In this document: positions 57,713 to 64,000 of the stretch, piece after piece
How positions within the stretch are numbered: the stretch's first letter is position 1
How the letters are laid out: every line of letters begins with the position of its first letter
Program-made: the position numbers and the translations under genes
From: a virus
Taxonomy: Duplodnaviria; Caudoviricetes
Strand: one strand, 5' to 3'
DNA: 64,000 bases
Virus record (IMG/VR): IMGVR_UViG_3300037721_000031
Coordinates: 32,001-96,000 of that record
The notes under the pieces: generated by a model
What the model saw: the letters and a program-made list of their open reading frames with translations, nothing else
Databases searched by the model: none
Told to the model about the DNA's origin: nothing

Positions 57713-58288
57713 TTATTGATCAGTAGAGTCAGACACATAACGCATTGCAGCATTAGTCCAACACTGTGGTACATTACCTTCTTTTAAAGCAGTTCGTATA
57801 TCTTCCATTCCATCGATCAACCAATCGGAATTCTTTGGAAATATTACAATACGTCCGAGCACTGCTTCTGTATCACCTTTTTGACGAAATAAATAAAAGT
57901 GAGTCAGGGGTAGAGAAGATGCTATAAATGATTTCATCAAACCTTCATCCTGTATGATCTTTTGGTAGTTACCTGCCAAAATATCTTCCTGGAAGTTAGG
58001 ATTGTGAACCATTGGAAGTTCTTTACCAGCAACCTTAGCTCGAATACCGTACAGATAGCGTAGAGAATCTTGGCACTTTCCAGTTCTCATGTAGAACCAA
58101 AAACCTTCCATAGATTTGAAAGGTCCAAAGTAAGGATGTACGAACGGTGTAAGTGAAAAGTGTGAAAGCTTCTTTCCTAATCGCGTCACACAATTGCTGT
58201 ACATATTCAAGTACTCGATACCGTCCTTTGAAGGATCAATATCACTAGCCTTACGAAACATCTTCTTGGCTTGAATAGGTTTGTTCAT
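57713..58288 (-). CDS. NADAR-like (T4 gp30.3-type) protein
   Basis: LSHFSLTPF...F.SMEGFW...K pattern matches the NADAR LSNF..PF...F.S.E signature. Confidence 0.5.
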   Translation of the reverse strand: MNKPIQAKKMFRKASDIDPSKDGIEYLNMYSNCVTRLGKKLSHFSLTPFVHPYFGPFKSMEGFWFYMRTGKCQDSLRYLYGIRAKVAGKELPMVHNPNFQEDILAGNYQKIIQDEGLMKSFIASSLPLTHFYLFRQKGDTEAVLGRIVIFPKNSDWLIDGMEDIRTALKEGNVPQCWTNAAMRYVSDSTDQ

Positions 58289-58770
58289 ACGCTAGCTTCT
58301 CTCTGATTATACTTGCTAATGTTACCCAGCTTAATGTCTTCTACAACATCTCTAAATGACTGATCGTCGCTCGGGGGAGAATCAGCTGTCGACATATCAA
58401 CAATTGTTGAGTGCGCGGACTTTTTACCATTTTCATGCTCGGCGATAATTACGATCCCAAACCTACGAATCTTGAGCAACATCATACCGCGACAGAACAC
58501 TTTCCATGTCATTCTACCACGAATGAATTCCTTATTTAGATTACCACGTATACTGGTGCGGTCACGTCTGTTATTTTTGTTGTGGACTTCTGATTCTACT
58601 TGTACATATTCGTCCATGAGATGACTCCATCTCATTCCGTTAATATTCAAGTCCAACAACATTTTCCTGAACAGTCCAGCAAGTACACCAGTGATACCTG
58701 AAGTGGCACCTACGCCTCTATCAGGACGGGAAAGTAAGTCCCGTATCTTGTCTTTCTTTTGAATCATATA
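58285..58770 (-). CDS. Conserved hypothetical protein
   Basis: Likely start MIQKKDK after AGAGG; GNLNKEF...MTWKVF.RG motif. Confidence 0.65.
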   Translation of the reverse strand, partial: YMIQKKDKIRDLLSRPDRGVGATSGITGVLAGLFRKMLLDLNINGMRWSHLMDEYVQVESEVHNKNNRRDRTSIRGNLNKEFIRGRMTWKVFCRGMMLLKIRRFGIVIIAEHENGKKSAHSTIVDMSTADSPPSDDQSFRDVVEDIKLGNISKYNQREASV

Positions 58771-58817
58771 TAACCTCTTTTCAAAGGTGTTACTAATTAA
58801 CAATACTCAGGTCACTA

Positions 58818-59327
58818 TCAGTCCTTGTATGTAAGGACATCTAGTAGACCGGCATTGACATCTTTTAAACTCGAGAACACTTTTGTAAGCATTCTGTTGT
58901 TATGCTCATGAACACCAACTGTTGCTTTTTCACAAACTTCAGTCAGAGTGTAAAACTCTTTGATTGCCTTACAATAATCAAGGATCTTAGAGTGACTAAT
59001 ATAATAACCATCTCGTTCAAAGAAGTTATTAATGGTAGTAGGTTCATCAGTAAAGTAGCACCTACTCATACTTAAAGCAGTGTTATCTTTCAAAACACTA
59101 TTCAATTCTATTACCAATTCAGTTAAAGAAATTAGATTGGGCTTAATACATTTGAAATGTACTAGTCCGCCAGCTACTGCTTTAAATGAGTAATTGGTGT
59201 AATTACTTAATTCTAAATGTAAAAGACGACCTTGCTCTCTCACACTTTTCTCATTAATCGGAATACTATCTTCACTAGGCTTAAGACCTAATTTCAGTAA
59301 TATTCTTTTCCACCATAGAGTTATCAT
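58818..59327 (-). CDS. Hypothetical protein
   Basis: 169-aa ORF. Confidence 0.6.
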   Translation of the reverse strand: MITLWWKRILLKLGLKPSEDSIPINEKSVREQGRLLHLELSNYTNYSFKAVAGGLVHFKCIKPNLISLTELVIELNSVLKDNTALSMSRCYFTDEPTTINNFFERDGYYISHSKILDYCKAIKEFYTLTEVCEKATVGVHEHNNRMLTKVFSSLKDVNAGLLDVLTYKD

Positions 59328-59478
59328 GAGAATTTTTTAACTCGAAGACAACAGTTATGAACTGTTGAATTTACTAATTTATAAGACAAATAACAATACT
59401 CCTGTCAGTTATACCACAAATATGATATGTGTCTGAAAGAATCCTGACTTCATCTTTTTATAATGAAAGTAACTCGTT

Positions 59479-59913
59479 ATGAGTCAACCTACCGTTCCGC
59501 CTGAAATGTCTGAAGATCAAGTATTGGCGTATACTCAGAGTAAACGCCGCCATATTGTTGAGAAGCTTACCATTGACGGTAAGGTACCAGACGAGAAAAC
59601 AGAAGTCTCTCTACTTATAAGTGCCCTGGACGGGATGGATCGTGCAGCACTTACTAACAAGAGAATAAAAGCTGACGAGAAAGCTTCACAGGGTATTGCA
59701 GGTGCAGCCAGTGTGATTGCTAAACTTCTTACCCAAGTGAATTCTAAAGGTAAGAGTACTGACTTAGAAATCATATCGGGTGCACCACTCACACTAGGTA
59801 CCGATATTCCTGCCCCTGATTTAGTTCCTGGAGAAATAGAAATTACCCCAGGTCAAATGGATTTCGATTCATTTACTGCTAGTTTTCAAAATGCAACAAA
59901 TCCATCGTCATGA
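59479..59913 (+). CDS. Conserved hypothetical protein
   Basis: 144 aa; LDGMDRAALTNKRIK; 28-nt convergent overlap with the next gene. Confidence 0.6.
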   Translation: MSQPTVPPEMSEDQVLAYTQSKRRHIVEKLTIDGKVPDEKTEVSLLISALDGMDRAALTNKRIKADEKASQGIAGAASVIAKLLTQVNSKGKSTDLEIISGAPLTLGTDIPAPDLVPGEIEITPGQMDFDSFTASFQNATNPSS

Positions 59914-60746
59914 TCAGTAACTGATTCTGAGTGATTTACATTGATAACGCTAGGGTCGGGGAGCTTAGGCTCTTCGGCTTCTATGCCGTCTTTATTTTTA
60001 GCTTCTAGAATTTCTTTACTAATGCAGAATACTGAGACATCAGTTAATCTCAATGTAAAGAACGGGGACATAGTCAATTCTACAGCTGCAAACGGATGCA
60101 CATTCATCTCTTTGAGTTCAGCTAATTCCTGCTCACTAGGGTATCTTTGATATAAAGCTGGTGATATTACAGATACTTCAGGCATCTTCACTTTTTCAAA
60201 CGCATGACTATCGTGATGAATCTTTAACCATGATTGGTAGTCGTACCGAATCATCATCGTGTATGTATCTTTACAGTATTGAGGCGTAAGGAAAGCATCA
60301 CTAATGTTCACGACATTAACATCAGCCATCTCTTTTAATCTGCTCCAGACTGCTACTGATATTTCCGCCATTTCTTCTTCATTTAAATCGTAAGGATATA
60401 CGTTCACTTGAATCTGAAGAGGCTTAGTATTTACATTAGTAGCAGCTGCTTCAAATGTACTCTTTATACATGAATGTAATAAAATAAAGACATCAGTAAA
60501 TGTAGATAAGATCAACGTATCTACATTTCTTTTCTCATATGCCTTTTTAAATATCTCATACGGAGCATCTTGAAAATCATCTATGTTGCGAGACGTATAT
60601 CCATTCATTAAAGCATTGACTGCGTATTCGTTTTTAAGAAGTGCCAATGTTCCTAATCGCGTATCCAGTAATGAGTCAATATCGACATAGACAATATCTG
60701 CGTCTAGTACTTTCTTAGTATCGGATGGTAATGTCTTTGTCGTCAT
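59886..60746 (-). CDS. Conserved phiKZ-like protein with an N-terminal HAD-like DxD strand
   Basis: IVYVDIDSLLDTRLGTL. Confidence 0.6.
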   Translation of the reverse strand: MTTKTLPSDTKKVLDADIVYVDIDSLLDTRLGTLALLKNEYAVNALMNGYTSRNIDDFQDAPYEIFKKAYEKRNVDTLILSTFTDVFILLHSCIKSTFEAAATNVNTKPLQIQVNVYPYDLNEEEMAEISVAVWSRLKEMADVNVVNISDAFLTPQYCKDTYTMMIRYDYQSWLKIHHDSHAFEKVKMPEVSVISPALYQRYPSEQELAELKEMNVHPFAAVELTMSPFFTLRLTDVSVFCISKEILEAKNKDGIEAEEPKLPDPSVINVNHSESVTDHDDGFVAF

Positions 60747-60749
60747 AGT

Positions 60750-61247
60750 TTACTTCTTTTTAGCTTCTTCGATCTCGATACGTAAATATAAAGATATCAT
60801 AGCTACTGTAACTAACCACTTGTTTGTAAGCAGAAGAGTCTTGATGTCGTCATACTCCGGTAGACGTAACTTCAACTCTTCTGGAACAGCTACGGTCTCA
60901 GAAGACACATCTGCATTTTTAATAGATGGCGTTGGGAATACACATAGTGCAGAGGCAAGTACCTCAGGTAACTCGTTATTATCTTGCTCAGACATACCCA
61001 GTCTTGTAAAGAATGCACCAGTAAGTCTTAGAACAAAATCTCTAACAGTATCGTTACTAAAGACGTCTTTCATCATCCTACTAAGACCGTCACTTGTAAA
61101 TGCAAGATAGAGTGAGTACTGCATCGTAATACCGCTTACAAACTTAAGCACTACGTTACGACGAGTCGGATCAGGAAAGTGACTAAGTGTATGTTCATAA
61201 GCATCGCGAAAGGCAATCTCATTTGCGTTCATCTTCTTAATAGACAT
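60750..61247 (-). CDS. Hypothetical protein
   Basis: 165 aa; AAGGA RBS. Confidence 0.6.
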   Translation of the reverse strand: MSIKKMNANEIAFRDAYEHTLSHFPDPTRRNVVLKFVSGITMQYSLYLAFTSDGLSRMMKDVFSNDTVRDFVLRLTGAFFTRLGMSEQDNNELPEVLASALCVFPTPSIKNADVSSETVAVPEELKLRLPEYDDIKTLLLTNKWLVTVAMISLYLRIEIEEAKKK

Positions 61248-61256
61248 AATTTATCC

Positions 61257-61928
61257 TTAGATTCCACTTGGTGACAAGTGCATGGCTACTAGGTATGTGC
61301 GTAACGCATCACTGGACTTAACACGAGTTCCTAAAGCAGCGATAGCGTCCTGACTTACACCACCAGTCTTAGCGATAGATTCATTCATTGCATTAAATCC
61401 TTGTGTGTCGCCACCACGGTATTTAATAAGTTCAGTTAAAGTTTTATCGAGATTAAGCGCTGCAAGAATCTGTACTTCAGGATAACTAATTTTAGATCCC
61501 TTAGATTCACCTGTAGGTTGACCAGTAAGATTATCTACAGAACGATTATGTTCAGGAATAGAGATCTTAGAAATCAACAGCTGAGCTTGTCGACGTAAAG
61601 GTAAGTCTATAACAAGATACGGAATTGGAGACAAGTACGGAGCTGATCCTTCCTTACTCTCCATCCAAATATGTTCAAAGAACTCGTGACCAATTTCTTT
61701 AGCTAATGCTAAGTTTCTCTCAACAGTCAAAGAGGTGTCATTCATAATTGGAGAGATAATGGCTAGTTTAATTGAACCATTATCTAATCCATTGATGAAG
61801 TTTTCAAACTGTTCATCATCCATCTCTTTAAATGCATCTTGATACATCTGTGGATTACTGGATCCTGGCAGTAACTTATCGACAAGCTTAATAATTACAG
61901 CCTCAGCAGCTGATCTATTTCCTGGCAT
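61257..61928 (-). CDS. Virion RNA polymerase beta C-terminal fragment subunit (phiKZ gp149-like)
   Basis: LTGQPTGESKGSKISYPEVQIL...ELIKYRGGD parallels bacterial beta [23 protein letters not shown]...EMLTVKSDD. Confidence 0.75.
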   Translation of the reverse strand: MPGNRSAAEAVIIKLVDKLLPGSSNPQMYQDAFKEMDDEQFENFINGLDNGSIKLAIISPIMNDTSLTVERNLALAKEIGHEFFEHIWMESKEGSAPYLSPIPYLVIDLPLRRQAQLLISKISIPEHNRSVDNLTGQPTGESKGSKISYPEVQILAALNLDKTLTELIKYRGGDTQGFNAMNESIAKTGGVSQDAIAALGTRVKSSDALRTYLVAMHLSPSGI

Positions 61929-61931
61929 GAT

Positions 61932-62633
61932 TTATTCCTGGTTTATGGTGTCTGGCTGAACTTTAAATACAAGTGTAGGTATCTCTTTACTAAGAGCTAG
62001 CTCAATCATATTTTTTGTTCCGTTACTGTTCATATCGAAAAATGCTATTAAATGCGTAGCTACTTCAGCCATCTCAGCATTACGTACAAACCCTGCACGC
62101 TTACCAAGATTATCCCAATCAGCTGTAAATGGTACCCAACGTACACCGTTGCTTTCAGCCCACTTAATAGCCATGGCGTCAGCTCCACGACTTGCATTTC
62201 CAGATACGATCACAAAATTAGAAACACCAAGCATCTTTATCGCTTTTTCTAAGCGATCACAGAAATCCGTATAGTTATTCCAATTACGAGATCCAGCTAC
62301 TACAATCATAGCTGGAGGGTTGACTATATTGTCTGGTTGATGATGTAGATTACGGTTTGGTTTAGTTAATTTTCTACGACAATACTTCTTGACTCTAGAT
62401 TGGGAAATGTCTTTAGCAGTATACATCATTGATGATGCTGCGTGTACATCTCCCAATTCCATCTCTAGATCTCTACGATTAGTCTGTACTGGATCAAGAG
62501 GGTTATAGCTTTCATAACCATGTCGTAAGATCTTACCAACAGCCTTTACTGACTCACCGAGTTCCTCTACCAGGATCGAGAGTCTCTCTAGCTCAGCAGC
62601 ATTAAGTTGATTGGCATTATCCATAGTTACCAA
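61932..62633 (-). CDS. MazG-like NTP pyrophosphohydrolase fused to a SLOG (YspA/DUF2493-like) domain
   Basis: N-terminal LVEELGESVKAVGKILRHG...LEMELGDV; C-terminal IVVAGSR, IVSGNASRGAD, WDNLGKRAGFVRNAEM and SNGTKNMI. Confidence 0.75.
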   Translation of the reverse strand: MVTMDNANQLNAAELERLSILVEELGESVKAVGKILRHGYESYNPLDPVQTNRRDLEMELGDVHAASSMMYTAKDISQSRVKKYCRRKLTKPNRNLHHQPDNIVNPPAMIVVAGSRNWNNYTDFCDRLEKAIKMLGVSNFVIVSGNASRGADAMAIKWAESNGVRWVPFTADWDNLGKRAGFVRNAEMAEVATHLIAFFDMNSNGTKNMIELALSKEIPTLVFKVQPDTINQE

Positions 62634-62983
62634 CTAAGGTTCGGAAGTTGATGCTTAACAATTACAGGTACTACACTTTCTTTAAACAACAGTAACCAGG
62701 TATACATAGGACCTTCATCCATAATGCAGTACCGTGCAACAGTGGTGTCTTCATCGACCATACCCAGAACAGGCCGCCAATACCTATTAACTAAAAACCT
62801 CTTAGCCATCTGAGGAGTACTGGGATCAGAGGCTACAGGATCTAAACCAATAGTCCACTTACTAGGCTCAGAGTGTCCGGCTTCAATCAGCAGCTCAGTA
62901 ATCGCTTGTACAGGATCAATTGCTTCTTCGGTAGGGTACTTATCCCTAAGTAATTGATTTGTACTTTTTTGGTCATTAGACAT
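62627..62983 (-). CDS. Conserved hypothetical protein
   Basis: Likely start MSNDQ at 62983; RYCIMDEG..WL.LF...VVP motif. Confidence 0.6.
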   Translation of the reverse strand: MSNDQKSTNQLLRDKYPTEEAIDPVQAITELLIEAGHSEPSKWTIGLDPVASDPSTPQMAKRFLVNRYWRPVLGMVDEDTTVARYCIMDEGPMYTWLLLFKESVVPVIVKHQLPNLSW

Positions 62984-63084
62984 TATGTAACTTTCTAGAA
63001 AAAAAAAAGAATGATTGTTACAGAATACTGCTTGCATCACCGCAAGCAGTATTCTTTTATTAAATTAAGCTAACGAAAATATAT

Positions 63085-63573
63085 CTAGTCATCTCGTCCA
63101 TAATAGTGTAAATATCCTGGATAACTGACGTAATCGTGATATGATTGTTCTACAGTCTGATGAATGACAGTTAAGCCAACAGCTTTCTTATTTAAAGCAG
63201 TTACGTTGGTCTTTCCAAATTTCAACATTAACCTATCAATAATCGATAGTCGATAAACCACACCCATTGATGTAAACAGAATCGGTTTACCAGTTATAGG
63301 GTCAGACCACATAAATGGATTGACCCTACCTTTTTTCTTAATCTTATTAGCTAATGTTGCCCTTGTGATATCGTAGCGTGCAATTCTAGTTTGTTTGCGA
63401 TCTATTGTCTTTATAGAAAGCAGTCGGTATTTTACTAGAAATGCTTCTAGCTTTGTTAGATAGTAATGCTTACAAGTACAGGTTACAAGATAAGGTTTAC
63501 CGTTATTGTAGTGAAAATACTCACTTATAATCTTCTCTTGCGAAGGCTTCGGATCGAACATCTTAATGGACAT
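63085..63573 (-). CDS. Hypothetical basic protein
   Basis: 162 aa; AAGGAG RBS. Confidence 0.6.
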   Translation of the reverse strand: MSIKMFDPKPSQEKIISEYFHYNNGKPYLVTCTCKHYYLTKLEAFLVKYRLLSIKTIDRKQTRIARYDITRATLANKIKKKGRVNPFMWSDPITGKPILFTSMGVVYRLSIIDRLMLKFGKTNVTALNKKAVGLTVIHQTVEQSYHDYVSYPGYLHYYGRDD

Positions 63574-63661
63574 ATAACTCCTTTGTTAGGTCGACTACAT
63601 AACAGTCTTTAAAATATCTACTTCAATTGAGTTATATGTGTTTAATTTATTTCACATTTAA

Positions 63662-64000
63662 TTATCTACGAGTCCACGGACTATCATTTTTACTATTGTA
63701 AAAATCAATAGCTTTCTGAGGAGGATTTTCCATCCAATACGGAATGTATTTTCCAACACAGCACAGAATCAAGTCCATTGTAGATAAGAATGGGATATCC
63801 TCAAACTCGCCTTCAGGAGCCCACCAGCCGCGTGTATTGAGTAGTACGTTCCAATCGTAGCCTAAAGCAATAAGGCCGTCATAGAGCTGCTTTGGTGTAA
63901 GCTTTAGCTCAGGACTGATATGATGCCACAGTTCATTAATCTGTAGTAGTTCTGAAGCAATATTCAAACCACGACGCAATTCAGGATGTCGATCAATCTT
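63662..64000 (-). CDS. 5'-truncated hypothetical protein
   Basis: Frame is open to the window edge (KIDRHPELRRGLNIASE...). Confidence 0.5.
   Translation of the reverse strand, partial: KIDRHPELRRGLNIASELLQINELWHHISPELKLTPKQLYDGLIALGYDWNVLLNTRGWWAPEGEFEDIPFLSTMDLILCCVGKYIPYWMENPPQKAIDFYNSKNDSPWTRR

Noticed and set aside
1-64000. tRNA or rRNA genes
   Set aside because: No cloverleaf with TTCGA T-loop and CCA end, and no rRNA signatures were found in the intergenic gaps

Overview
64 kb of an AT-rich, nucleus-forming phiKZ-like jumbo phage genome (Chimalliviridae-like), not a cellular chromosome. It carries the C-terminal half of a split family-B DNA polymerase, tubulin PhuZ, class Ia ribonucleotide reductase (nrdA, nrdB), large terminase, tail tube and sheath, baseplate/virion proteins, prohead protease, a 2279-aa tape measure with a lytic transglycosylase domain, and four separately encoded pieces of the virion RNA polymerase. 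The large beta-like piece is interrupted by a 1399-nt group I intron (41096-42494, minus strand) that encodes an HNH homing endonuclease; splicing restores the conserved DRDD|PKR motif. The main things that gene annotation does not explain are: (i) about 14 intergenic palindromes with a shared outer arm (GGCATAA...TTTATGCC) and variable inner stems; (ii) an ~800-bp non-coding locus (16225-17029) that packs a G-quadruplex motif, hairpins, a Z-DNA-prone tract and an AT-rich stretch; (iii) a MazG-like/SLOG fusion, a NADAR-like protein and a half-size PnuC-like membrane protein, all possible nucleotide/NAD counter-defence genes; (iv) a 68-aa Hint-like insert between the NrdA catalytic cysteines; (v) a candidate structured RNA at 4549-4705; and (vi) several tandem paralog families. 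No tRNA, rRNA or CRISPR array was seen. All family assignments come from motif recognition by eye; no database searches were run.
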